Source of the DNA: Octopus bimaculoides
Lineage: Eukaryota
Length of the DNA: 64,000 nt
Assembly (NCBI RefSeq): GCF_001194135.2
Contig: NC_068986.1
Location: forward strand, 24,168,059-24,232,058
Direction of reading: 5' to 3'
Positions 12,540 through 25,905 of this stretch are shown here, one piece after another; the stretch's first letter is position 1, and each line of letters begins with the position of its first letter. The translations under genes were made by a program, and so were the position numbers. Under the pieces are notes generated by a model, which had not been told where the DNA came from, did no database searches, and worked only from the letters and a program-made list of their open reading frames with translations.

Positions 12540-12745
12540 TTAGTAGTTAACCTTTAGCCTCCATGACTGAAATACTTTTGATCAAAGGCATTCCAGCCAA
12601 CACCATCCCATCATATTAAGTCCATACATGTGTGTGCCTCAAACAATGCGTCGTTCCACTTTCAAGATTCTAGAATGTAATTTGAAAGAACTTTGGCGGT
12701 TATTTTTTAGTAGATCGTCGAAATAAATGAAGCCTCACTCTAAGG
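12540..12745 (-). mobile_element. Degenerate SINE-like repeat (family C)
   Basis: The reverse complement of AATGTAATTTGAAAGAACTTTGGCGGTTATTTTTAGTAGATCG resembles 25815-25850 (CGACCTCCTAAAATAGCTGCCAAATAATTCTCACATT). Confidence 0.55.
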
Positions 12746-13499
12746 CAAACGCCTGCTAATGTGATATGGTTTCTAATTTCTATTCTCTCATGAAAACAAA
12801 ACAAAAAGATAGAGAAAGGTTTCTATATTTACACCAAAATGACCCAACTACAATTAAATGAAAAACTAAGCGAGGATGATAACTATTATTGCCAGAAATA
12901 TTATATGAACGAATCGTATCACTTTGTTTCCAGTGATACGAGAATTCTATTAGTAAATATAATACTATTATTAAAGGAAAAACAAGAAGGATGTATAATT
13001 AATGAGTGTAAAATAATTACTTTCACTTGTTTCGCTTGCATATCAGCTGTGTAGAAATAATCACTCATTGTAATATCTAGAAAACATGAAAACATTAAAA
13101 ACACATTTCGTGTGCGAGATGAACGAAATTACTTTTGTTATATTTCTATAGTAATAAATACAATGCATACAATTATGTATGGAAACAACTGTGCTTTTTA
13201 TTAAAGAAATGTAAATAAAATACATTTATGAGCGTTTAGTTTCTTAACAAATAGTATAAATAATACGTATGTTGCGAACTGCATATGTAGCGTATGTCAT
13301 ACGTATATTTATTGAATTAATTTGGGTGTTTGGTTTTAGAGAAGGTGAGAAGTCTATAGTCTTTACGTTTTCATACGACCAATGAAACTGACGTAGTTAC
13401 TGTTCCTCTGGAACAAATGTAGCTCGACTTCTCCTGAGGGACAATTTCAAATAGCTGACGTTCTGATGCGAAAAGTCACTACATCCTTCCTTTTCGTAA

Positions 13500-15300
13500 G
13501 AAAACAATGATTACTAAAGGATCTGAGATGGGTGGAAACAATATGGATGACAAGTGAATACTAGAGAAAGAGTCCCTGGACTTAAGTTGAGTTACATAAG
13601 ACCAACAAGACTACTCCAAGAAACAGTAGCCTCTGTAATAAAAGGAGAAATGGCAAAAAGTTAAAAGAGTACATCTGTAGGATGAACGTTGGTATAGGTT
13701 TCTGAATGATTATCTTCCAGGCAACATTTGTTTGGATGTGGCGCATAGGATGCCTGTGTGTATAAGCGAATCTGTATAGCACATGGGATTGTGAGTTTTA
13801 TATGAACTTTTAAAGAAATTTATGGTCCGTAACGATTGAACTGTTTTCTGACATTGAACAAGAAGATTAGTTTATATGATGCAGTTTTGTCTCTAACGAG
13901 GATATGCATTCACTCGTACAAATCTTTAATGATGTTGGACCATAGCATTTGCGTCGACCTCAAGCGTTCTACATAAAATATTTTCTATATCTTTAATGAA
14001 TATGCACATTTACTATTGAAGGAAGCACGATAGGAATGACCACAGGGAAAGATATTATCAAGTTATTTCTCTGTGCAATGAGAAACGATCTCACGTGTAG
14101 TATCTTACATTCGTGTAGAAGACGCTGAGTTCCGGAAGGTTACAGATCCAAGAGAATAGAGAGGGGTATCATAGACGAGATTTTTGACCGGGGGGTTTCC
14201 TGCCAAACAAGATCGGAAACAATTATGCGGTCAAGATAACTTTTCAAAATGGTGAGACTTGTTATAAGGCAGGAGAAACAGGAGGTGATGAAAGCTATTA
14301 ATGTTAATGGCAGTCTATGCCACTTTCTATATTATAAAAATGAAGATAATAGTGTAATATTTGGCGGGATCATAAAGGTTTCTGTCTTCTGAGTGGGACG
14401 TTATATAAAGATATGAATACATACTTGTCGAAATTGAAGCGTTTAGTAAGGGTAACTGCTAACTCTGAATCTGTGATTATTTGAGAATAATGAAATAGCT
14501 TTGTCAAAATCGATGACATTATTGGGTTGAAGTGATAGAATTTTTCAGGTTTATCGTGTGCGCGTACGTGGTGGTAGCCTTGTGCATTGGAAGGGATACT
14601 TGTAAAGGAGTTTTACTTCGTGTGTGCAGTGTGGGGTAGGTGCAAAATGGCTAACAATAGTAGATTTCTCCGCTGGAGAGAAGTGGTATAAATTAGAATT
14701 CTACAAACTTTGTAGAGATTCTTTTGACAAGATGCCGAAAACAACGACTGTAGCTAGAGAGTTGTTGTAATGGATTTACGATGGGTACAGATGATCTTCG
14801 CTGACATTTGATAATTTAGCAGGACTTCTGGTGCGGCTGATTTTTTTCATTTATTGCATGTAGATTTTTTTTTTTTTTACCTAAAAAGCTTCAGCAAAAT
14901 AATGAGTAAAACATTTTGAGGCCAAGTGAAACCAAGTTTTGAATTTTTTTGTTGGATGCGGAACGATATATCTAAAAGGGTAGTTTCAGTCACAAAACTA
15001 ACCGCCTTTGGTGGTTATGGATTCCTAGAAATGAACTTGCAGAGAGGCATCCTGTCAGGTGACCTAAAATGCCATAGGCTCTGGGAGAATACTGTATAGT
15101 ATATGGATGTTAGGTGAATAATGGAGAGAAAGCAATTGTATGGTAAATCGATGGGTACAGAATCAGAGAAGATTACGAAGAGAACGGGTTTGCAAGTGAG
15201 AAAAATTACAGGTATGTTTGGGAGTAAGTGTGGCTGAGACCAGTACAGGATGAGCGTTACACTGCACGAAGTGCACGAACATTGGAAACACAAATGGTGA
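13500..15300 (-). mobile_element. Highly decayed retroelement, possibly Penelope-like RT N-terminal region
   Basis: Broken minus-strand translations: ITDSELAVTLTKRFNF (cf. PLE LTxxExxLLSKGLNF), TILKSYLDRII and ILVRDKT (cf. IxIKPADKG). Many stops, and motif spacing is imperfect. Confidence 0.4.
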
Positions 15301-15619
15301 TTACCTTACAGAGGATGACATATAGCATAACATAGAATAAATATGATTACATCATTGTCAGTATATCGTAATCATTGGGACACAGCACTCTCTATATCTT
15401 TTTCTCTATATATATTTTTTCTCTCTCTTTCTCTTTTTCCCTCTCTTTCCAAACACATTTCTTTAATGTTTGGATCTGTCTGCTGCATGCGCTGGATATT
15501 TATAAGATTATGGGACCAAAGTATATTAGCTATCGTTTATATTACGTATGTATTTTAAAACGGTTCAAAGCGTCCGAATAAATTGTTGAGGAAGTTTAGA
15601 TATTTTATTTTGAATATAT

Positions 15620-15845
15620 TAGTTCATGATTTAGGTATACTACCAGCAATTTACTGGGTAAGGCTTTCGACGACTCCCTCGACCTCAAGATATACTTGTT
15701 ACTTTGAATTTATCGATCTCAGAATTGAAAAAATGGTAAAGTTGACCTCGATAGAATTCAAAATCAGGACATAAAAAAAACGGAAGAAATGACGCTAAAC
15801 ATTTTATCCGACGTTCTAATGATCCTACTTGATCGCTGCCTTTTA
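15620..15845 (-). mobile_element. Degenerate SINE family A
   Basis: TACTTTGAATTTATCGATCTCAGAATTGAAAAAATGGTAAAGTTGACCTCGATAGAATTCAAAATCAG matches the family A core. Confidence 0.6.
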
Positions 15846-17504
15846 TTTTGCTTTGGAACATAATAGAATATAGAATAGATAATGATAATAAAAAATGAAA
15901 GAGAACGCCATCAGTTTTATTCAATAAGATCTGGTTTGGAGAGGCAGCTTATCACGTTATACATTTATGCATCCAATTGTGCTATGAATTTAGGGGCAGA
16001 GTTGCACCTTTCTTAGGCTACATGCACATACGATTCTATATAACTTCGAATGAAAATGTCTGGCAAAACATAATTAAATTATTTCTAAAGCATCCGATTC
16101 TCAAGTATTTCTTTCTTCATTCATTCCAAAATTGCAAAATCACCAAAGTAACAAATTCTCTTAAGTAAGAATAAAATTAACCCAATCTCAATCGTCTCGT
16201 TTTGATTGGAGATACCGTTGTTTATATAAAACAAAAAAATTGAATTTTTCAAATTTAGTCAACGATTAAAAGCGTTTATATTGAGCAATTAAATTACAAA
16301 ATACTTTACTTATTGATATTGCATAGTGATCAATATTTCATATTGATCAATGTTATTTTTGCTTTTAGTAGAAATATTCCATATAAAGTAATTTTAATTT
16401 CGCGCGATTTTGGAATTTATGTTTAATTTTGTTTTCGGTTTATGGGAACAAATTGTGCTAATACAAAATAAAAAAAAAGATAAACTAAGAAATTAAATTT
16501 AAAAGAGTTATCTGTATTTTATTTGCGTATATTTGCCAGTACATATTTGTGAAATTTAATTAATTTAATTAGGAAAGAGCTTGGAAACACGAATTTCACT
16601 AAAATGTCCAAATACTAGTTAAATGCAATCTCATATTACACAGTCAATGGGAAGCACTTATACCAAGTTGTTCAGTTATGTGTTCCAGCCAAACCAACGT
16701 ACGTAACAAAATACAGAAGTGTTCGATCGCAAAGCAAAGTTTGCAGAACCGGAGTTAGATCGGTCTTTGTCGACGGAAACCTCAATCAGGAAATACTATA
16801 AGAAACGGCCACTACAAGAGAGAGCAACAGATTCAATAGGTAGGAAATTTTAGTCAGGAAATCAGATTTTGTGACAGGTACGTTCACGGGTTGTGAGTAA
16901 CAACGTGAATTTCGCTTAAATTCTCAAAGCCCAAAGGTGTTTAATAAATAGCTTTTCATTCAAAATCGATATATGGAAACGAAGCTTAGTGATGATCACT
17001 GGTTTTTGAAAATAATAACGAAAATGTGTGGCTCGTACAATTTATTTCAGCAATACGTAAAATATTAATAATGCAGGTCTATAGAATTTAAATTGAATAG
17101 ACAAGTGTTTCTGAAGCACGTTTCCGAGCTGTAACCAAATATGTTATTCATTTTCATCAATCCAGTCAGGATCTTTGTGTACACATTACCTTGGTTTTTT
17201 TTACAGAAAATATGTGGTTTTTCTTGATTTTGTGTCCTCGTCTATCTTTGGAACAGTGGACCAAATTCTGAAAAGTGCTTCATTTTCAGCATTCCATTAA
17301 ATAAAGTATGATGAAATTAGGAATGTAGATGATTTCAGGTATAAATAGTTAAATAATGGTTAGATTTCGGCCAGAAACGAGGATATTTGAAGCCTACAAT
17401 ATAGAAAATACGAAAGAATTCCTAAGGTCGTTATATTTTACTGATACAAAATCTTAAACACAACAAAATCTGAAAATTATAGAATATAATATGCTATCCC
17501 TAAA

Positions 17505-17770
17505 AGTTTTTTCTAGAGAACAACAAAGAGGCCAATTATAGGGAACTTGGCAGAAAATGCTCCGTTCTTTTTATTCTCTGGGATGCAAAATGTTCAGTGT
17601 TCAGTCATATGGATCAATTTCCACAGATTTTGGGAGACGTCTGTGAGGAACAGGGATATCGATTTCACTAAGCTATGAAGGTAATAGAAGAGAGATATCA
17701 AAGGAAATGGGATGTAAATATAATGGCTAATTACAGTTGGAGTATAAAACTGAAACGTCCACTGCCAAAA
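17505..17770 (+). mobile_element. DNA transposase C-terminal relic (Chapaev3-like; family assignment tentative)
   Basis: Frameshifted translation KFFLENNKEANYREL/KMLRSFYSLGCKM/FSHMDQFPQILGDVCEEQGYRFH*AMKVIEERYQRKWDVNIMANYSWSIK matches the widespread motif FLGNxKAxNY...LGCxMSLKxHFLHSHLDxFPxNLGxVSDEQGERFHQDIxxMExRYQGxWxxxMMADYCW. Confidence 0.7.
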
Positions 17771-19850
17771 CATTCAAAGATTTCTTCTTATATAATGAAA
17801 TGCAGTGTTTTTTTTAGATATATCATGTTATATGCATATAATTTTCAAATTTTGTTGTGATTAAGATTCTGCATCAATAGAATAAAACAACACTCATTTT
17901 CACTTTTAAAATCGTATGCGAAAGACATCACCGTTCCTGGCCGAAAACTTACTTCAGTTAAACTATCTATGCATAAAATCACTTATATTCATAATTTTAC
18001 AATACATTATGCAAGAGAAGGGTGATAATGAATCATTTTTCCAACTTTGGCTCACTGCTCCATAGACAGTGCAAGGCATAAAACCAAAGAAAGCTACATT
18101 TATTGAAAAAAATAGAGGTCGTGTGTATATATAGACCCTGATATGATTGGTGAAAACGAATAACATATCTGGATTCATTTCGCAAAGTGCTTCAGAATCA
18201 TTCGTCTAATCAGCAGAAAAATTTCCGTACATAAATTCTGTAAACCTGTGTAATATATGATATATGATATTGTCGTAAGTGAAATAAGGAGAAAAGAACT
18301 GGATTAATTCTAATTTTGCTTAAGGGAAAACGTTTACAAAAGCTTCTACCTTCAGCTTGTCAATTTGTTTCTGGATTTTCCCTACTGGCACGCAGTTCTA
18401 CTCATCGCTCGGAGCGGTTTTGAAATATACGAACAAAACAATTGATATGTAAATATTTCAATGTTGAACCCAAAACGAAATATATATATAGATGTGTGTG
18501 TGTGTGTGTGTGTGTGTCATTAAGTTTTTATGTGGGAGAAATGTATTAACCTGCTTAGCACATAGCGCCATTTTGTATACTGTCTCACTAACTTACCAAA
18601 GAAAGCGTTTCAAATTAGTAAAATTACCAGTCAAATCTCCTTAAAATTTATAACGGCTTCAATATAAAATTTATAGGACCATGCAAGCCATAAAATACCG
18701 ACAGATAAGATGCTCGTGGATAATGCTGATTTGCCCATGGATCTCTTCGCACAGATTTGAGCTAATCGGCAAAAATAAAAATGCTATCCAACTATACAAC
18801 TAACCAGTATATTGTTATAGTAGATTGAATTACAAAGCACGGTGCTCTATTATGTCTGCTATATATCCATTAAATCCATGTTCAATAAAATCCTTCTATA
18901 TTCCCATATTCAAATAAATACTGGATCTCAATACAATACTCCACAACCAAAAATTTACACAGCAAACACAGAAAGCTCATCTAAAAAAAACTAGCAATGA
19001 TCGAGAAAGCTCTCTATTTTTTAGACTGACAACAGCATATTTTACACCGTTGTCGATAACTACCGGAATAGCTGTCTGTAATGTTTTACAACCTGGTGAA
19101 AACTTTGTTAGTTCTCATGAATGATTTAAAAGTCTCTGTATTAATATCTGCAGACAAGAGAAAATGTCAGTTACGACATTGTTGGTCGATTAACTCAAGT
19201 CGATAAATTCAAGTATTTATTCATGACACCATGATTTAGAAATTAAACACGTTGTTACAGGATATTGGAATGTGTTTTGCACCGGATAAGAGTTCATATT
19301 TGGATAACTATCATTGAAAGTTAGTTGATTGGATAAGAGATATAGATCTTACTGACCTATATCTCTATTTCCTCCAGACCTATATCTCTATTTCCAGTGA
19401 TGAGTGCTATAAACAGATTTGGTGAGATAGAGATACCCTAAATATTTCTACTGTAAGTAAAGCTAGAGAAACAAAATTTTTTTTTTTTTTACTCAGGAGA
19501 TGTACACTTTAGAGCTGTATACATTCATTAAGACTGTAAGCGATATTGTTTTTATAATGTCTAAGCTTCTATCAGCATTTGCACACCTGAAGGGATCCAT
19601 AAAACTATAAAGAATCTAGTTTACGCTGGGATCGTATACGTTAACTGACAATGAGAGGAACTGCGTTAAATTAAAGATGGAGGTAATGACTTATGATTTA
19701 CACAGACTTTGCATTTTTAGTGTACAACTGTTCTTTGTGAACCAAGGCAAGCTGAACTCACCAACTTAAATATAAATTTAGAGAAACACTTTTCATATCA
19801 AAAGAAAATTATGCATTATTAGCATATTCTGCAAGCTTAGAAATATTCTT

Positions 19851-20030
19851 TTCTACTCTAAGCACAAGGCCCGAAATTTTCGAGGAGGGAGCCAGTCGAT
19901 TACATCGACCCCAGTATACAAGTGGTACTTAATTTATCGACCTGGAAAGGATGAAAGGCAATGTGGACGTCCGTGGAATTTGAGCTCAGACCATAAAGAC
20001 AGGCGAAGTGAATTCACAACGTAAAGAGAG
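19851..20030 (-). mobile_element. SINE family A lacking the start of its head
   Basis: TTCTACTCTAAGCACAAGGCCCGAAATTTT...GTCGATTACATCGACCCCAGTA...GGTACTTAATTTATCGACC...AAAGGATGAAAGGCAA. Confidence 0.85.
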
Positions 20031-20280
20031 ACGAAATGCAAGCTTTAAAATATTAACCACAGTACAGGAAGAATAATCATTCCGAGCCAATTAGAAATAC
20101 ACGTTATTCGTAATTCACGAAAAAGAGATAGATTCTAAATAGCAGATAAGAGAGTTAAAGGTGCTATTAACTTTACTCATTTGGTAAGAGATGTAAATTG
20201 TAATATACTATAGGGGAAGGTATCACTCACGTCCATGAATATCCACAAGTTATTAGCTAACTATGTAATATGATATATCA

Positions 20281-20405
20281 CAAAACTCTGGTCGACTCGA
20301 GGCTATAGTTGAAGACTCTCTCCTAAGGTGCCACGCAGTGGGACTGAACCCAGAACCATGTAGTTGTGAAATGAGCTTTTTTATCACACAGCCAGGCCTA
20401 TGCCT
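20281..20405 (-). mobile_element. SINE family B tRNA head fragment
   Basis: GAGGCTATAGTTGAAGAC...AAGGTGCCACGCAGTGGGACTGAACCCAGAACCATG...CACACAGCCAGGCC; A-box and B-box lie on the minus strand. Confidence 0.8.
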
Positions 20406-20435
20406 ACATATAATAAATATACACAAACACCGCAT

Positions 20436-20683
20436 ACTTATTCTTGTATTCTTTTAATTGCTTCAGTCATTTGGCTGCGGCCATCCTGGAGCACCGCCTT
20501 TAGTCGAATAAATAGACATCAGGACACTTATTCTTTTTGCAATCCTAGTACATACTCTGTCGGTGTCTTGGGTTGAACTCTTAAATTACTGGGACGTAAA
20601 AACACCAACATTAGTTGTCAAGCGATAGACGAAGACAAACACAGACACACACACAAATATATACATATATATATATATATATA
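20436..20683 (-). mobile_element. SINE family B 3' half, ending in (TA)n at a gap
   Basis: CAGTCATTTGGCTGCGGCCATCCTGGAGCACCGCCTTTAGTCGA...GGGACGTAAAAACACCAACA...GACAAACACAGACACAC. Confidence 0.8.
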
Positions 20684-23094
20684 NNNNNNNNNNNNNNNNN
20701 NNNNNNNNNNNNNNNNNNNNNNNNNNNNNNNNNNNNNNNNNNNNNNNNNNNNNNNNNNNNNNNNNNNNNNNNNNNNNNNNNNNNNNNNNNNNNNNNNNNN
20801 NNNNNNNNNNNNNNNNNNNNNNNNNNNNNNNNNNNNNNNNNNNNNNNNNNNNNNNNNNNNNNNNNNNNNNNNNNNNNNNNNNNNNNNNNNNNNNNNNNNN
20901 NNNNNNNNNNNNNNNNNNNNNNNNNNNNNNNNNNNNNNNNNNNNNNNNNNNNNNNNNNNNNNNNNNNNNNNNNNNNNNNNNNNNNNNNNNNNNNNNNNNN
21001 NNNNNNNNNNNNNNNNNNNNNNNNNNNNNNNNNNNNNNNNNNNNNNNNNNNNNNNNNNNNNNNNNNNNNNNNNNNNNNNNNNNNNNNNNNNNNNNNNNNN
21101 NNNNNNNNNNNNNNNNNNNNNNNNNNNNTATATATATATATATATATGTTTATAGACGAAATAGTGTGGAAGTCAATGGTTTCTTACAATAGTTCAAAAA
21201 TCCAGACTAGACCGACATTCTGTTACTCTGGAAAGCTGAGTATCAAACTTAGCGTGTATGTGTGTATATGTATATGTGTGTACAAGGGCATATATATACA
21301 AATATATGTCTATGTGCACGTTTATGTAAAGGAGTGTACACGTGTAAGTTGATTTGAATATGCGTAAGTGTGTGTATTTGTGGAATTATGTATAGAGAAT
21401 CTCCTACACCTATATTTCCAGGTGATTCTTTAAAGACAACTTATCCTAGAGAAACACACTCATTTTAAGCATAGTACACTAATGCTGAATAAATCGATAT
21501 ATATTCAAAAAATCAATATGCATTTTCATAATGTCTAAATACAAAAATTATTTTAAATTTATATGACTTTCATTTAGCTTTTTCCATAAGCATCTCTATC
21601 CATTCGCGTGTACATGCGGATATGCATATATACAAATACACACACAAACACACACAAACACACACAAATAAATGTATATATATCTATATATNNNNNNNNN
21701 NNNNNNNNNNNNNNNNNNNNNNNNNNNNNNNNNNNNNNNNNNNNNNNNNNNNNNNNNNNNNNNNNNNNNNNNNNNNNNNNNNNNNNNNNNNNNNNNNNNN
21801 NNNNNNNNNNNNNNNNNNNNNNNNNNNNNNNNNNNNNNNNNNNNNNNNNNNNNNNNNNNNNNNNNNNNNNNNNNNNNNNNNNNNNNNNNNNNNNNNNNNN
21901 NNNNNNNNNNNNNNNNNNNNNNNNNNNNNNNNNNNNNNNNNNNNNNNNNNNNNNNNNNNNNNNNNNNNNNNNNNNNNNNNNNNNNNNNNNNNNNNNNNNN
22001 NNNNNNNNNNNNNNNNNNNNNNNNNNNNNNNNNNNNNNNNNNNNNNNNNNNNNNNNNNNNNNNNNNNNNNNNNNNNNNNNNNNNNNNNNNNNNNNNNNNN
22101 NNNNNNNNNNNNNNNNNNNNNNNNNNNNNNNNNNNNNNNNNNNNNNNNNNNNNNNNNNNNNNNNNNNNNNNNNNNNNNNNNNNNNNNNNNNNNNNNNNNN
22201 NNNNNNNNNNNNNNNNNNNNNNNNNNNNNNNNNNNNNNNNNNNNNNNNNNNNNNNNNNNNNNNNNNNNNNNNNNNNNNNNNNNNNNNNNNNNNNNNNNNN
22301 NNNNNNNNNNNNNNNNNNNNNNNNNNNNNNNNNNNNNNNNNNNNNNNNNNNNNNNNNNNNNNNNNNNNNNNNNNNNNNNNNNNNNNNNNNNNNNNNNNNN
22401 NNNNNNNNNNNNNNNNNNNNNNNNNNNNNNNNNNNNNNNNNNNNNNNNNNNNNNNNNNNNNNNNNNNNNNNNNNNNNNNNNNNNNNNNNNNNNNNNNNNN
22501 NNNNNNNNNNNNNNNNNNNNNNNNNNNNNNNNNNNNNNNNNNNNNNNNNNNNNNNNNNNNNNNNNNNNNNNNNNNNNNNNNNNNNNNNNNNNNNNNNNNN
22601 NNNNNNNNNNNNNNNNNNNNNNNNNNNNNNNNNNNNNNNNNNNNNNNNNNNNNNNNNNNNNNNNNNNNNNNNNNNNNNNNNNNNNNNTATATATATATAG
22701 ATGCATACATATATGCGTATGTTTTCTTTTTGTGAGCGAGGAATGTGTTTCATATCAAGAGATACCTACTTCCTTGTACAAATAGTAATTGAAATTATAT
22801 TCCAATATTGCAGTTTCATACAGAATTCTTAATTTATTTCAACAAGAATTCTTGGGTATCCTGTTAGTAATATCCCAATTACATCTCCCTATTTCGCTCT
22901 TAAATTATCCCATGGGAGTAATATTGAATTTAATTTTTAAATCTATTTATTTACAGACATCACATTTGAAATCAGATATATTTCTCTTTGTAATCAGAAT
23001 GGTGGTTTGATAGAATAGTTTTTCACATATGAGGAATATAGTGAGAAAATGTCGGAAAGCAACAAAGAGAGAGTGGGGAGAGAAGATAAACAGA

Positions 23095-23107
23095 TCAATA
23101 GATAGAC

Positions 23108-23146
<39 letters not shown>
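23095..23146. repeat. (GATA)n microsatellite
   Basis: Read directly from the sequence. Confidence 0.95.
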
Positions 23147-23147
<1 letters not shown>

Positions 23148-23652
23148 TGCATAATGCTTGGCCAAATTCTTTTTTATCCAGAAAGTAGAAACTAAGAGAA
23201 TGTGAGAGAAACTGAGAGAACGTGTTAGAATATTGAATAAATTTAATCTGTTTCTCCAATCTAACGCGTAAGATTAACTATTAAATATTTATTCATTTAT
23301 TTGTTTATTAGTATTAATCATAATGATAATCATATTCCATTTGCATCCGTCCATGAAGACAATAAAAATATTGGTTGTAAAATTAACAAGCTTGCAGCTA
23401 TCATTTAATGTTTTCATAAGTGTCTGGTGGGAGATGCAACGTAGCCAAACTTGAAAAATATGTCTTGCAGCAGCGTGAACAAGCTGAATGTACTCTTTCG
23501 TTTATTTCACGCAGGAAATATGGCTACAACCGAAACTAATAAGTATTAGTGTTAAAAACTACAAACCATTTCCGCTAACATTTGAATTCCAATAACAATC
23601 GGGAATGTCGCAACGCTCGTTTATGCCCGGAAAAACCAAGAGAAATTAAATC

Positions 23653-23845
23653 TTTTCTACTCTAGGCACAATGCCCGAAATTTTTTGGGCGGGTGGGCCA
23701 GTTGATTTGTTCGACCCCAGTACACAACTGGTACTTAATTTATCCACCCCGAAAAGATGAAATGCAAAAGTGACCTCGGCGGAATTTGAACTCAGAACGT
23801 AAAGACAGACGTAAATACCGCTAAGCATTTCTCTCGGCTTGCCAA
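23653..23845 (-). mobile_element. SINE family A (CCTAGAGTAGAAAAG tail)
   Basis: TCTTTTCTACTCTAGGCACAATGCCCGAAA...GGTACTTAATTTATCCACCCCGAAAAGATGAAATGCAAAAGTGACCTCGGCGGAATTTGAACTCAGAACGTA. Confidence 0.9.
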
Positions 23846-23857
23846 TGTTTCTTATTT

Positions 23858-24083
23858 CTTTATTGGCCACAAGGGGCTAAACATAGAGGGGACAAACAAG
23901 GACAGACAAAGGGATTACGTTGATTACATCGATCCCAATTCGTAACTGGTACTTAATTTATCGACCCTAAAAGGATGAAAGGCAAAGTCAACCTCGGCCA
24001 AATTTGAACTGCGAACGTAACGGCAGACGAAATACCACCAAGTATTTCGCCCGTGCTAACGTTTCCGCCAGCTCGCAGCCTTA
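23858..24083 (-). mobile_element. SINE family A variant (TTTGTCCCCTCT...GCCCCTTGTGG tail)
   Basis: Same head and core as 23653-23845, but with tail TGGCCACAAGGGGCTAAACATAGAGGGGACAAACAAGGACAGACAAA, shared with the copy at 43520. Confidence 0.9.
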
Positions 24084-24144
24084 AAGAGAAATTAAATCAC
24101 ATCAGCATCCTACCTCTCTTTCATTTTCTGTATGTGTTCCAGCG

Positions 24145-24251
<107 letters not shown>

Positions 24252-24491
24252 TTCTCCTTATACTTTAAAACGTTGCTCTTCTCTTCTTGCCTCACGTAAT
24301 CTTCGTAAACTTTCACATTTAGAAAACTTCAGCTGATTCAAAAATATTTTGAATATGTGATGAGAGGAGACAGGATCAACTGATGCGACCACGTGAGCGT
24401 GTGATAAATATAGGGAGAATTCACAAAAAAAAACAAAATACGAAAACGGGTGGTGTAGAAAACAAACAGATGGTAGTAGATGCATGCCGAA

Positions 24492-24553
24492 GGTGAACCC
24501 TAAACAACGTAGTTGGAAATCAAGCTTCTTCCCACACAGCCACGACCGCTCCT
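24492..24553 (-). mobile_element. SINE family B head fragment
   Basis: GAACCCTAAACAACGTAGTTGGAAATCAAGCTTCTTCCCACACAGCCACG resembles the heads at 20.35 kb and 43.8 kb. Confidence 0.6.
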
Positions 24554-24782
24554 ACATATATAAATGTATACATTTATAACAATAAGCATGAGTACGAATC
24601 TGCATATGTTATTATAGTATGGCTCAAAAACGTTAACTAATTACGCCATAAGCACGCATTAAGTAAACATAACAGGTTTGATTAACTTTTATAATGTTAA
24701 GTTAGAGAGCCATTCCGTACTTTCGCCGGAGCTGAGTAAGCATATATATATGTGTGTGTGTGTGTGTTGTGTGTGTGTGTGT

Positions 24783-24818
<36 letters not shown>

Positions 24819-25784
24819 TGCGTGCGTGCGTATGTGCCTACTCAGCATCGACAAAAGTACGGAATTAGCGTCAAACTTAATATTATAAAATTTAATTATA
24901 CATTTAATGTATACTTATTGCGTGCTTTGCTAATGGTGCAACTATTTAATTTTGTGATATAAATGTATATATATCTATATTATATACATACATACATATA
25001 TATATATATACATAACGTACATACATACGTAAATGCATATGGAAATTGTTGTTTGTTAGCAATTAGTTAAGCAATAATTTGAAATTATCGATACGTTAAA
25101 AGAATTTAAGAAGTGTTTTTCTGTGTATTTTACTCTCAGCTAGAATTTTCTTTTTTTGTTTTTTGTTAGGTTATCCAAAATACTATCAAAAACATGAAAT
25201 TTGAACGAATCTGAAATATACTGAAGGTAGTTTCTTTACAAATTTGTTCTATCATAATTACTATTTGAAACCGTTGAAAAAATATATAAATCTTCACTAA
25301 TAAACTGGTATATGAACAGTTTATCAATGATGATTTAATGATATTCTTTGCCCCTTGCATATCGCTGATTGATTAAATATCAATTTAAACCATTCTTAAT
25401 CGTTTTCTTCAGATTCTCAGGATATAGGATAACATTATCTGAACTATCTAAATACTGTATGAGCGTTTTATTGTTATTCATAGTAAGTTATGCGATCTCA
25501 CTGTGACGTCCTTAGTTGATCTGAATTTCTTATTGAAGGTATCGATGCTGATTAGGACTAGGTTGTCCTTCACCTTGGTGACGTGTGATATTAAGCGTTG
25601 TAGTCTTGATGAACATATGTTTTACTGCGGTGTTCTTCATTCAGATCTATAATGTACAAAGTGTCCTCTATGTTTTGTAAAACGTTAAGGAGTGATTTGT
25701 ACTACATACATATCTTGTAATGAATTAAGAAATGATTATACTTCGTACCTTTTGCTACGTCTACCAAAAGTATAATCGCAAAAA

Positions 25785-25905
25785 CCGAGCCTGCGTGGGA
25801 TCCTTTAGATGGTTACTCGACCTCCTAAAATAGCTGCCAAATAATTCTCACATTTCGTTCAAGTGTTTTCGAAGATGAAGTGCAACATTAATGGTTGCAT
25901 TGAGT
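25785..25905 (+). mobile_element. Degenerate SINE-like repeat (family C)
   Basis: GAGCCTGCGTGGGATCCTTTAGATGGTTACTCGACCTCCTAAAATAGCTGCCAAAT; an inverted relative lies at 12.7 kb. Confidence 0.5.

Noticed and set aside
16718-16880. Exon-like GC-balanced segment with splice-like sites on both strands
   Set aside because: Stops in most frames, weak sites and no homology.
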